IMG/VR virus record: IMGVR_UViG_3300045988_090210
Strand: one strand, 5' to 3'
DNA: 64,000 bases
Source of the DNA: a virus
Below, in pieces: positions 1 through 8,356 of this stretch (its first letter is position 1; every line of letters starts with the position of its first letter). Under the pieces are notes generated by a model. That model was given only the letters and a program-made list of their open reading frames with translations. It did no database searches and was not told the DNA's origin. Position numbers and translations under genes: made by a program.

Positions 1-2050
1 GATTCATAGTTGATTCATTTGCTTGTTCAACCTGAGATGGTAATTTGTCTTTAGCAAATTGAAAGAAATATGGAACGTTTGCCTTAGTATAAGATTTAAT
101 GATTTTGTCGATTTCCTTGGGACGAGTTGGAATGTATAATGTTTTAGCAGCATCAATAACAAAGTTGTTCTCCATACACAACCAACGCACAACATTAACC
201 TCTTGTTGCCCCACATGGCCATTGTTCCAAATCTTAGTAATATTGTTACTGATAGGCCCTATGTTACCAGTTGTATAAGCTTTAGTCATCCCATCATATA
301 GCGCCTGATTGCTTAACTCACCCCCTTTAGCCTTTTTCATCTCATAATACAGAGGTACGATATTTTGCATATTGCGTTTAGCAATCTTAGTCAAAACCCT
401 GTCTTTAATAACCAATGTTTTGTCCCCGTCAACGTCAAACTGAAGAATCCTTGAGATCGTATCATGGCAACTTGTGTATACACATTTGGTCATGCCAAAC
501 CACTTATCCAATTCTTCATTCCGAACATTGTTTCTAATCGGCCATTCACGATACAAGTGGGGACTTCTCAGACAAGCCAACTCATCACCGTCACGATAAT
601 CTCTGCAATAGACTTGCCCATCCTCTAACAACCCTTTAGGGTTTTGTTCGCCTAAGAATAACCATTCACAAAACGCATACAAATCAGGACTGAGAAAAGT
701 ATAATGACCATTAACTCTAAGCCGACCAGCCTTAGCCTGTTTAACCAAACTCTTTTTAGTCTGCTTTAGCACATCTCGTGAATACTGATCTCTGAACAAT
801 TCAGGGTAAATTGTTAAAGCCTCTTGAAAATAACTCTTATCCGTGTTATAATCCGTAGCCCCCAGCAATCTCATGGTTGTTTGATAATTGGAACCGATTG
901 TTTCAATTTCATCGACCGTATGCTTAGTAAGTTTAGCTATTTCATCGTCTGTTATATCCGTTAATGTCTGAAGCATCTGGTAGTTGATTCTGGCCTTTGG
1001 AATATAATTTTCTTCGATATTGCAGTAACAAGCCTCACAGCCAAAATACTTAAACTTTTCTTTGTAACATTCCCAACTATTATAATACTTAGCCATCTTA
1101 AACTGGCTTTTAGTAAAAATATACTTTATGCCCTCAGCAATAATATTATGTTCATTGCCATAAATATCGTAAACAGTGGCCTCACCCCCGCATTTTTCTT
1201 GAATAAACTTGTCAAACGGAAAATTAACCAGCAGCCCTTTAACCCAAGGCAGCCTTACCATTCTGGTCTTTTCGTCCAACACCATGCCACAACCATCCGT
1301 ATGGGGAATTGACACGCCCATTTCTTTACGTTCAATTTGGTAAGTAATATCGCTGATATAGTCCACAAGGCCGGGAACAAGGGTTTCAAAGTCATCTACA
1401 ACGATAGACTTATCAATATCAAAATCTTCCCAAACATCCGTTGCAGAATTGTTAAGGGCGAGATAAGCAAGAAATTTATTTGGGTTAATTCCTCCACAAT
1501 AGTTTATCTGGTCAGTGGTAAGACCGCAGGTTAACCGACCAGCCACCTCATCATAAGCCGATTCTTTAACAAAAACCGCTCTTTTTGTGCGGATTTGTCC
1601 AGCAGAGGCCGTCAAGAATATATATCTCTCACCATTATACTCAAATCCGTCAAGCACCAGATTCTTAAACACCTGAAAAAAATAAACATTGACAACCATA
1701 ATAGCGTCAGTCAGTTCATTTTGCTTTAACTTTAACGCACGAGTCAAGCTACTTTCAAACAATGAGATAACATTTTTTGTATTTAAGACATCTGGGTTGA
1801 GTTTTCTTGGTGTTCTATCTTCGGCCCTGTCATCAAGAATTTTTGATAGCTCGGATTTTTTCTTAGACAACACTCTGTTAATAGCAGATTTTTTCCAAGC
1901 TAAATCTTTATCACCCCATTTATCCTTGTCTTTGTATTTTTTTCTAAGTTGGTACAGTCCCAACATCTGCTTGTGATAAGATTGTTCTATTGGCTCATAA
2001 AATGCGTCCGTGCCAATGGAAAATACAAAAACTTGACGTGACAGGCTCAT
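1..2050 (-). CDS. YonO-like / QDE-1-like single-subunit two-barrel RNA polymerase. About 683 N-terminal codons are present and the C-terminus lies beyond the window start.
   Basis: My manual translation of the minus strand from ATG 2050 is stop-free to position 1. The gene is absent from the ORF track because it has no stop inside the window. It contains LRSPHLYREWP followed by ILQFDVDGDKTLV, which is an R-x-P...DxDGD metal-binding signature of double-psi beta-barrel RNA polymerases. Confidence 0.55.
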   Translation of the reverse strand, partial: MSLSRQVFVFSIGTDAFYEPIEQSYHKQMLGLYQLRKKYKDKDKWGDKDLAWKKSAINRVLSKKKSELSKILDDRAEDRTPRKLNPDVLNTKNVISLFESSLTRALKLKQNELTDAIMVVNVYFFQVFKNLVLDGFEYNGERYIFLTASAGQIRTKRAVFVKESAYDEVAGRLTCGLTTDQINYCGGINPNKFLAYLALNNSATDVWEDFDIDKSIVVDDFETLVPGLVDYISDITYQIERKEMGVSIPHTDGCGMVLDEKTRMVRLPWVKGLLVNFPFDKFIQEKCGGEATVYDIYGNEHNIIAEGIKYIFTKSQFKMAKYYNSWECYKEKFKYFGCEACYCNIEENYIPKARINYQMLQTLTDITDDEIAKLTKHTVDEIETIGSNYQTTMRLLGATDYNTDKSYFQEALTIYPELFRDQYSRDVLKQTKKSLVKQAKAGRLRVNGHYTFLSPDLYAFCEWLFLGEQNPKGLLEDGQVYCRDYRDGDELACLRSPHLYREWPIRNNVRNEELDKWFGMTKCVYTSCHDTISRILQFDVDGDKTLVIKDRVLTKIAKRNMQNIVPLYYEMKKAKGGELSNQALYDGMTKAYTTGNIGPISNNITKIWNNGHVGQQEVNVVRWLCMENNFVIDAAKTLYIPTRPKEIDKIIKSYTKANVPYFFQFAKDKLPSQVEQANESTMN

Positions 2051-2169
2051 TCAGTAATCCATCCAATCCATTCTTCTAAAGTCGGCTCATATATCTCATC
2101 CCAAACTTCTGGTTCAGTCTCTTGACCTGTTTGGGTATATACTTCATAACTCATCTCTCGCCACACCAT
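2047..2169 (-). CDS. Small acidic protein (40 aa), translationally coupled to the downstream RNA polymerase gene by an ATGA overlap
   Basis: Start ATG at 2169 is preceded by AAGGAGAG. The longer track ORF (to 2235) would run through its own promoter. Confidence 0.4.
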   Translation of the reverse strand: MVWREMSYEVYTQTGQETEPEVWDEIYEPTLEEWIGWITE

Positions 2170-2205
2170 AATCTCACCTACTCTCCTTGGCGATTTTTCT
2201 AACTT

Positions 2206-2236
2206 GATTATACCATGTTTTGTGCAATTTGTCAAG
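2206..2236 (-). promoter_or_regulatory. Sigma-A type promoter driving the small ORF and the RNA polymerase gene
   Basis: Minus strand reads TTGACA, 17 nt, TATAAT with a TGg extension. Confidence 0.6.
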
Positions 2237-2262
2237 TATTGTTTTGTTTACAATTTGTTAAC

Positions 2263-2291
2263 TTGACAAATAGACTGTTTTGTGTTATAAT
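2263..2291 (+). promoter_or_regulatory. Sigma-A type promoter, divergent from the promoter at 2206-2236
   Basis: TTGACA at 2263-2268, 17-nt spacer, TATAAT at 2286-2291. Confidence 0.55.
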
Positions 2292-2351
2292 AAAAATAGA
2301 ATATATAAATATATATATATTATTATAATTTACATAATTAAGTTAATCTAT

Positions 2352-2385
2352 GTATTCACAGTATTCACATATAAGAGTATTCACA
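2352..2385 (+). repeat. Three direct copies of GTATTCACA (operator-like)
   Basis: Exact 9-mers at 2352, 2361 and 2377, lying between two plus-strand promoters. Confidence 0.7.
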
Positions 2386-2501
2386 TATACTCTAACATAT
2401 ATATTCTATATTGTCAAGTATATATAGAGTTTTGATTTTAATAACTATGAACGTTAGTGAATAGTTATTAAAAGAAAAACTCAAGTAAAAAGAAAATTTG
2501 C

Positions 2502-2530
2502 TTGACATTTTCTCACCGTTGTGCTATACT
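2502..2530 (+). promoter_or_regulatory. Sigma-A type promoter with extended -10
   Basis: TTGACA at 2502-2507, 17 nt, TGcTATACT ending at 2530. Confidence 0.6.
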
Positions 2531-2549
2531 CTCCTTGAGAGGTGAAAAT

Positions 2550-2789
2550 ATGGCCAGAACAAAGCAACTAAATCTTATTGTCCGATTTGGTGGAACGCCT
2601 TATGTAATCAATGACCTTGGGCTTGGCAAGTCTCCACGTTTTGAGCTTTACAACGAAACCACTAAGACTGTTGAAGCCAAAACAGATAACCCAAGAGACT
2701 TTGACAATATCGTGTGGAAGGAAGATATGGATGTTGAATTTTTTGAAACGCCTAAAAACAGAAAAGGCCGAAGAAGAAAAGAAACTTAA
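2550..2789 (+). CDS. Hypothetical protein (79 aa)
   Basis: ATG at 2550 follows GAGAGGTG. The track start at 2502 is the TTG of the -35 box. Confidence 0.5.
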   Translation: MARTKQLNLIVRFGGTPYVINDLGLGKSPRFELYNETTKTVEAKTDNPRDFDNIVWKEDMDVEFFETPKNRKGRRRKET

Positions 2790-3852
2790 AGAACTTAAGC
2801 AACAGCAACTCGCCCTTAAAAACAGTATTGATGAGCTAACTGTTCAGAATACTAAACTTGAACAAGAAAACCAGTCTTTCCAGTTCATTGCTACTGGATT
2901 TAATACTCTTGAAGAAGTTGGTTATGAGCGTTATGTTCCTACCACACCAAACGATATTCTTGAAGGTAAGATTTATGAGGCCGAAAACAAAATGGCAAGA
3001 ATGGCCGGTGAAGGCACTATTATCCAGTACAATAGGATTTATCGTATTGATGGGTCTGAGGCCAAGGGTAAGAAATTTCAAGAAGCATTTGGCAGAAATC
3101 TGTTTATTGGATTTAACACTTATGTCCAGACTAAAACCAAATCAATCACAGATGGGAATTATTATAATACCTGCGATTTAATCAAAAAGTCTTTTGACAA
3201 ATACAACAGGCAAGGCGAAATGTTAGGTATTAGTCTAAACCCATATTATCTTAATCTTCGCCTTGAAATCCTACAATATACACTTGAGTTAAAAATTAAA
3301 CAGGCCAAAGAAAAAGCCCAACTTCGTGAAGAGCGTAAGAGGATGCGAGAACAAGAAAAGTTGCTGGAAGAAATCGCCAAGGAACAAGAACAACTTGAAA
3401 AAGAACGCAAGTCTATGGATATTGCCTTTGCTAAGGCCCTAACAGAAGAAGAGCGGGAACTAATCAAGTCTAAAATGAGTGATATTGACAAGCGCATGAA
3501 TAACTTAAAATATCGCCGTGAACACAATAATGCTGGCTGGTTGTATGTAATTAGTTCGCCCAGTTTGCCTAATATGTGTAAAGTCGGTTGCACTCGCCGT
3601 CTTAATCCCACAATTCGTGTAAAGGAGCTTAGTTCAAGTTCTCTGCCTTACGCTTTCAGAACTCATGGTTTTGTGTTTAGTGATAATTGTTTCGAGCTTG
3701 AAACACAAATGCACCATTATTTTGATGACAAGCGCGTAGCTCCTGATAGAGAGTTCTTTTATATCACGCCACAAGAAGCGATTGATGTATTAAAGAATAA
3801 ATTTAATCAAGAAGTCCATTTTGAAGAAGAAAATATGGAGGATATTGTATGA
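2731..3852 (+). CDS. DUF4041 / T5orf172 (MUG113, GIY-YIG-like) domain protein with a coiled-coil N-terminal part
   Basis: The C-terminus GWLYVISSPSLPNMCKVGCTRRLNPTIRVKELSSSSLPYAF...REFFYITPQEA matches the T5orf172 pattern. The start was chosen at ATG 2731, which follows GGAAGGAAG, and it overlaps the upstream ORF by 59 nt. Confidence 0.6.
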   Translation: MLNFLKRLKTEKAEEEKKLKELKQQQLALKNSIDELTVQNTKLEQENQSFQFIATGFNTLEEVGYERYVPTTPNDILEGKIYEAENKMARMAGEGTIIQYNRIYRIDGSEAKGKKFQEAFGRNLFIGFNTYVQTKTKSITDGNYYNTCDLIKKSFDKYNRQGEMLGISLNPYYLNLRLEILQYTLELKIKQAKEKAQLREERKRMREQEKLLEEIAKEQEQLEKERKSMDIAFAKALTEEERELIKSKMSDIDKRMNNLKYRREHNNAGWLYVISSPSLPNMCKVGCTRRLNPTIRVKELSSSSLPYAFRTHGFVFSDNCFELETQMHHYFDDKRVAPDREFFYITPQEAIDVLKNKFNQEVHFEEENMEDIV

Positions 3853-4238
3853 TTGATAATGTTAATCACCCGTCTCATTATACCCAAGGCGGTATTGAGT
3901 GCATTGACGCTCTAAAAGCTGCAACAATTGGTAAGACAGGAATCGAAGCCGTATGTGTGGCCAATGTAATTAAGTATCTTTGGAGATATGAAGAAAAAAA
4001 CGGTTTAGAGGATGTAAAAAAAGCCCAATGGTACATCAAACGTCTAATTCAAGAGCTTGAATACAAGAAGGAAAATAACACTTTCTATGACACAGATGAT
4101 GTCGTTGGTGATTGTCTTGACTGTGCTAATTTTAATATGAACGCAGATTCTGAACCTTGTTGTAATTGCAAAAACACTGCTGTTCCCGGTACTCCTGAAT
4201 ACACTAGTCGTCCCTTACTGTTTAAGTGGCCCGATTAA
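3849..4238 (+). CDS. DUF3310 family protein (T7 gp1.7-like family)
   Basis: HPSHYTQGGIECIDALKA...NVIKYLWRY...LEDVKKAQWYIKRL pattern. Confidence 0.6.
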   Translation: MIDNVNHPSHYTQGGIECIDALKAATIGKTGIEAVCVANVIKYLWRYEEKNGLEDVKKAQWYIKRLIQELEYKKENNTFYDTDDVVGDCLDCANFNMNADSEPCCNCKNTAVPGTPEYTSRPLLFKWPD

Positions 4239-4247
4239 AATTTTCTA

Positions 4248-4276
4248 TTGACAAGGTAATCAAACTGTGCTATAAT
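4248..4276 (+). promoter_or_regulatory. Sigma-A type promoter
   Basis: TTGACA at 4248-4253, 17 nt, TGcTATAAT ending at 4276. Confidence 0.6.
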
Positions 4277-4298
4277 AGCTTTATAAAGGAGCGATATT

Positions 4299-4730
4299 AT
4301 GGCACAGTTTAACAACACAAAAATTATTAGATACTTGAAAATGGCGAAAGAGGCCAGTAAGCAGTCTAACTTTAAGCAACACCATCTTGGAGCTGTAGCA
4401 ATTTATAAAGGCAGTTTGCTGGCCACAGGCCATAACAGTACAAAGACCAATCCCCGACAGAAAGAACTTAACCGTGAACGCGGTTGGGATGTTGAAGCCA
4501 GCGATGCTCATAATACTGTCCATGCTGAGTGTGCTTGTTTGAGCAAGATTAGATACCTTGATATTGACTTTAGCAAGGTTAAGCTCTATGTTTATCGTGA
4601 ACATAAAAATGGAGTCAAAGCCCTTGCGAGGCCATGTCCAGCTTGTCAAAAGATGATTAAGGATATGGGGATTAAAGAGGTCTATTTCACGACAGAGAAT
4701 GGCTTTGGGTATGAATGGATGGAGGATTGA
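4299..4730 (+). CDS. dCMP / cytidine deaminase-fold zinc enzyme
   Basis: HAE (VHAECACL) and PCPAC zinc-ligand motifs at the spacing typical of dCMP deaminases. Confidence 0.75.
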   Translation: MAQFNNTKIIRYLKMAKEASKQSNFKQHHLGAVAIYKGSLLATGHNSTKTNPRQKELNRERGWDVEASDAHNTVHAECACLSKIRYLDIDFSKVKLYVYREHKNGVKALARPCPACQKMIKDMGIKEVYFTTENGFGYEWMED

Positions 4731-4909
4731 TGATGATTAACTTGGAGTCTTGTCCGTTTTGTGGTGGAGAAGTAATACTCGAAACATTAGAGGACAATAG
4801 CCCAGAAGGGTACTATATATACTGTCCAGAGTGTGATTTTGAAAGCGGCGTATATAGTGAACCCAAATTTATCGTCGAAAAGTGGAACAGGAGGGCTGAC
4901 AATGGCTGA
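4730..4909 (+). CDS. Lar-family restriction alleviation-like zinc-ribbon protein
   Basis: CPFCGG ... CPEC ... EKWNRRA pattern. Confidence 0.5.
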   Translation: MMINLESCPFCGGEVILETLEDNSPEGYYIYCPECDFESGVYSEPKFIVEKWNRRADNG

Positions 4910-5219
4910 GTATATCGAGCGGGAAGCGTTGATGCGCCGAATAAAAGAAATTCATTGTGCTGAGTGCGATAGCTACCACGGAGTAAGGTGCAGAGCGTGC
5001 TGGGTAGATGATACTTTGGTCTATATAGACAGCGAGCCAGCCGCTGATGTGGCCCCGGTGGTGCATGGCGAGTGGTTACTTCGTCACGAAGGGTACGGGC
5101 ATTATTGGGAATGTTCTTCATGCCATAAAAACCCGTGCATTTATGTGACAAAAGATACCAGATACTGCCCCAACTGCGGAGCGAAGATGGACGGAGGGGA
5201 CGACTATGCGAGTACCTAA
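4902..5219 (+). CDS. Cys-rich hypothetical protein with a C-terminal zinc ribbon
   Basis: MAEYIEREAL start. It has several CxxC pairs, including CPNCGAKM, and lies in a locally GC-rich segment. Confidence 0.5.
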   Translation: MAEYIEREALMRRIKEIHCAECDSYHGVRCRACWVDDTLVYIDSEPAADVAPVVHGEWLLRHEGYGHYWECSSCHKNPCIYVTKDTRYCPNCGAKMDGGDDYAST

Positions 5220-5430
5220 CTACATTCGCACCAAGATGCATCTATGCGCTTCACACGCCGCACAAGCTGCGAAGTATGACGCAGAAATTGGCATTTGGCT
5301 TGAGCAACACGATATTGACGCAGAAAGTATCAGCACTGGCGATGGTTCCTCATTTGAGGAATTGTTATACGGAAATGATGTGACTGATGAGCTGTGCAAT
5401 CGCATAGAGAAGATGATAATAAATACATAA
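5206..5430 (+). CDS. Hypothetical protein
   Basis: ORF overlaps the upstream stop. No recognisable motif. Confidence 0.4.
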   Translation: MRVPNYIRTKMHLCASHAAQAAKYDAEIGIWLEQHDIDAESISTGDGSSFEELLYGNDVTDELCNRIEKMIINT

Positions 5431-5502
5431 TCTGTTGTAGACTTGGCGTTGGTATGGAATTTGATGATTTTTGTTCTTATAGCGAGAGAAAGGACAAAGC
5501 CA

Positions 5503-5823
5503 ATGAATCTTGAATGGAATGTCTGGCGTAATGAGCTTAACACAGACAAAATTCAGCCATTTAATATTTTTAACCATTATAGCTTTAAAAAAGCCGTAAC
5601 AGATATTTTTTCCAAATCCTTCATGCACATGGACGAGTTTGAAGAAATGATAGACAAAGAGGCCATGTATTATTTCTGGTGTAAGGCTGAGTATGAGGTT
5701 ATGATTGGCGGTTTATTTGAGAGAGGACAAAAAACCAAGATTGATATTTATAGTCAATTAAAGTTGAATTGGGATAGGTTTATTGATTATTTGTGGAATG
5801 AATATATCAATAAAATAGACTAA
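5503..5823 (+). CDS. Hypothetical protein
   Basis: ATG at 5503 follows GAAAGGA. No recognisable motif. Confidence 0.45.
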   Translation: MNLEWNVWRNELNTDKIQPFNIFNHYSFKKAVTDIFSKSFMHMDEFEEMIDKEAMYYFWCKAEYEVMIGGLFERGQKTKIDIYSQLKLNWDRFIDYLWNEYINKID

Positions 5824-5835
5824 AGGAGAAAATGA

Positions 5836-7068
5836 ATGGATAAAATCTTTGAAATTATCAACAATGAACAAAAACGCCAAGACAACACAGTAGAACTTAT
5901 TGCTTCAGAGAACTTTGTCAGTGATAGAGTCAAACAGGCCGTTGGGTCTTGTATGATGCTCAAGTATACTGAGGGGTATCCTAGCAAAGAGAGTATCGCA
6001 AAGTTCCAAGAAAAATATCCTGATTATGTACATACTGGTAACATGGGTAGATATTATGGCGGGTGCGAGAATTTTGATGAGCTTGAATTGTATTGCCGCT
6101 ATATGTGGCAAAAAGTATTTAAGACTGATTACCATGTAAACGTTCAGCCCCACTCAGGCTCTTCTGCTAATATGGAAGTTTATGCCAGTGTACTTGAGCC
6201 GGGAGATACTGTGCTGAGTATGAGCCTTAATAATGGAGCGCATCTCACTCACGGCTCTCCTGTAAACTTTAGTGGCAAGTTGTACAACATGGTATTTTAT
6301 GGCGTAAACCAATATGGTCGAATTGACATTGATGACATCTATAACAAAGTCATTGCATACAAGCCTAAGATGGTGGTTGTTGGAGCGTCTGCGTATGCTA
6401 GAGCAATCCCTTATCATACCATCCGAACAATCATTGATTTGGCTGCAATGAAGGCTAATATTGACACACCCTATATGTTTGTGGATATGGCGCATATCGC
6501 TGGACTTATTGTCAGTGGCGACCATGAAAGCCCATTTGGTGTGGCTGACTTTATTACTACTACAACACAAAAGACGTTAAGAGGTAATAGAGGAGGCATT
6601 ATCTTTTGTAAGCCTGAATATGCAAAGAAAGTTGATAGCGCTGTGTTCCCCGGTAATCAAGGCGGTAGCCTAATGAATGAGATTGCTGGTAAAGCTGTAA
6701 CGGCTGATGAGGCACTAACGTCTGAATTTAAGGAATATGGACACCAGATTATCAAGAACGCCAAAGCTATGGCAGATGAGTTTATCAAGTTGGGATTTAA
6801 ACTGGTTACTGACGGCACAGATAACCACTTAATTTTGCTTGATTTGACTGACTTTGGTGTGAACGGCAAGCAGGTACAGGACGAACTTGATAAGTATGGT
6901 ATTACACTAAATAAGAATATGATTCCTAATGATCCAAGAAGTCCAGCCCAGACAAGCGGTGTACGGATTGGTGTTCCGGCCATGACAACAAAGGGCTGGA
7001 AGGAAGAGGATTTTATCAAGTGCGCTGATAAGATTGCTGAAATTATTAAAAACATGAAAACAGAGTAA
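5836..7068 (+). CDS. glyA: Serine hydroxymethyltransferase
   Basis: VELIASENFVS, YYGGCE, NVQPHSGSSAN, SPVNFSGKLY and TTTTQKTLRGNRGG (PLP-lysine region) are collinear with bacterial GlyA. Confidence 0.9.
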   Translation: MDKIFEIINNEQKRQDNTVELIASENFVSDRVKQAVGSCMMLKYTEGYPSKESIAKFQEKYPDYVHTGNMGRYYGGCENFDELELYCRYMWQKVFKTDYHVNVQPHSGSSANMEVYASVLEPGDTVLSMSLNNGAHLTHGSPVNFSGKLYNMVFYGVNQYGRIDIDDIYNKVIAYKPKMVVVGASAYARAIPYHTIRTIIDLAAMKANIDTPYMFVDMAHIAGLIVSGDHESPFGVADFITTTTQKTLRGNRGGIIFCKPEYAKKVDSAVFPGNQGGSLMNEIAGKAVTADEALTSEFKEYGHQIIKNAKAMADEFIKLGFKLVTDGTDNHLILLDLTDFGVNGKQVQDELDKYGITLNKNMIPNDPRSPAQTSGVRIGVPAMTTKGWKEEDFIKCADKIAEIIKNMKTE

Positions 7069-7073
7069 AGATT

Positions 7074-7106
7074 AAGAGGACTGAGAAATCAGCCCTCTTT
7101 TTTTAA
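7074..7106. terminator. Hairpin with T-run between convergent genes
   Basis: AAGAGG ... CCTCTT stem followed by TTTTTTT. It overlaps the 3' end of the minus-strand gene. Confidence 0.5.
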
Positions 7107-8027
7107 TTCTTCTGCTGTTGCGAAAACGGCCTTATGATATTTAATTAATTCTTCTACCAATTGTTCATTCATATCTTTTGGGATGGAGTTAAACCGCTTG
7201 CTTTTCAGATACCTATTGACTTGCATTTCATTGAACTCAGGGGCAAGGAACTTCACCATTCGATTAAGCTCTGAGGCCCTTGTGATAACAAAGGCTCTAG
7301 CGTATCTATCATAGCCTAACGTCTTAATATAATTAACCAAAGCCCTGTAATAGCCTTGCTGAATGATTTTGCTTTTGTTATACAATTCGCCAACATTCTT
7401 ACATCCGACCTTGTTCAAGTATTCAATACCAACCTGTAAGAACTGGGCTTCTTGCTCATCTGTTGCAAGTTCAGGTTTACTGGACACTGTATTGCCGTTG
7501 GGAAGTTTGATATGTTTATAAAATACATGGGTTTCTTTGATGCTGATTAATCGTCTATCACTTAGTTTCCTCAACGCGGCCTTAATCGCATATTCATCAT
7601 GGCTGTCGGCATTATCAAACCAAATCTTCTTTAGCGCCTCAGTAAGTTCGGCAGTATACTTATGAGATACTTTAATATTTAATTCTTTCTGGTAATACTT
7701 AACAGGAAAGTAGTTGGGGTTGACCATCATCAAATGCTCACGAATGTCACGATAAGTATAGACAGTTGTGCTGGCTTCACTCTCAGATAGGAATTGTAAT
7801 AATGTGGCCTGAAGAAAGTTAGCATAGTTTTTTCTATCTTTAATAACCTGAGATTCTTCTTTAGTTAGCTGGCCATGGATAATATATTTACCTCGGCCAA
7901 TCTTCTCTATATTATACTCTTCTTGTAATTTTTCAATATGAACTTTTCTATTATGCCCCCCTTTCTGTTCTTGTTCATTTAACTCTTGGCACAGCTCTGG
8001 ATAAGTTAATTCTTTTTCTTTGTTCAT
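7089..8027 (-). CDS. Hypothetical protein (312 aa), the only minus-strand gene in a plus-strand block
   Basis: Clean ORF with an AAAGGAG ribosome-binding site, its own promoter and a long palindrome-rich leader. Confidence 0.6.
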   Translation of the reverse strand: MNKEKELTYPELCQELNEQEQKGGHNRKVHIEKLQEEYNIEKIGRGKYIIHGQLTKEESQVIKDRKNYANFLQATLLQFLSESEASTTVYTYRDIREHLMMVNPNYFPVKYYQKELNIKVSHKYTAELTEALKKIWFDNADSHDEYAIKAALRKLSDRRLISIKETHVFYKHIKLPNGNTVSSKPELATDEQEAQFLQVGIEYLNKVGCKNVGELYNKSKIIQQGYYRALVNYIKTLGYDRYARAFVITRASELNRMVKFLAPEFNEMQVNRYLKSKRFNSIPKDMNEQLVEELIKYHKAVFATAEELKKEG

Positions 8028-8044
8028 GTGAAAGCTCCTTTCTT

Positions 8045-8162
8045 ATACCATTGGTATCAAAAATGAGAAGTGCAGCATAACGCTCTGCGTTTGCGTCCCG
8101 CCCCTATCTCAAATGGTATAAAAATTTCCTTAATAATTACTAAGGAAAAAGTTATACCATTT
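8045..8162 (-). promoter_or_regulatory. Leader of the 312-aa gene containing TGGTATA/TATACCA palindromes
   Basis: ATACCAtTGGTAT at 8045-8057 lies next to the ribosome-binding site. AAATGGTATAA at 8111-8121 is inverted as TTATACCATTT at 8152-8162, enclosing a TTCCTTA/TAAGGAA hairpin. Confidence 0.5.
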
Positions 8163-8190
8163 TGGTTTTATATCTGCTCTTCCACCTCTA

Positions 8191-8221
8191 CCATATTATC
8201 ACATCTTAACGCTATTGTCAA
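8191..8221 (-). promoter_or_regulatory. Sigma-A type promoter for the 312-aa gene
   Basis: Minus strand reads TTGACA, 17 nt, TGaTAATAT. Confidence 0.55.
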
Positions 8222-8261
8222 TATATATAAACATAAGTTAATAGATTGTTAATAATTATAT

Positions 8262-8356
8262 AAAGTGGTGGATAGAAGAAAAGAAAATGGATGTAATGAG
8301 ATAAAAGTGGGGATGAGATGATGAATTGTGAGGCTATTTGGGGTTAAAGTGGGGAT
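8262..8356 (+). repeat. Three AAAGTGG(T/G)GGAT repeats spaced exactly 42 bp apart in a C-poor tract
   Basis: Copies start at 8262, 8304 and 8346. The surrounding tract of about 125 nt is almost free of C. Confidence 0.7.

Noticed and set aside
1-2050. The absence of long ORFs in the track for the first 2 kb suggested stop-codon reassignment or non-coding DNA.
   Set aside because: Manual translation of the minus strand gives one continuous standard-code reading frame from ATG 2050 to the window edge. It is missing from the track only because it has no stop codon inside the window.
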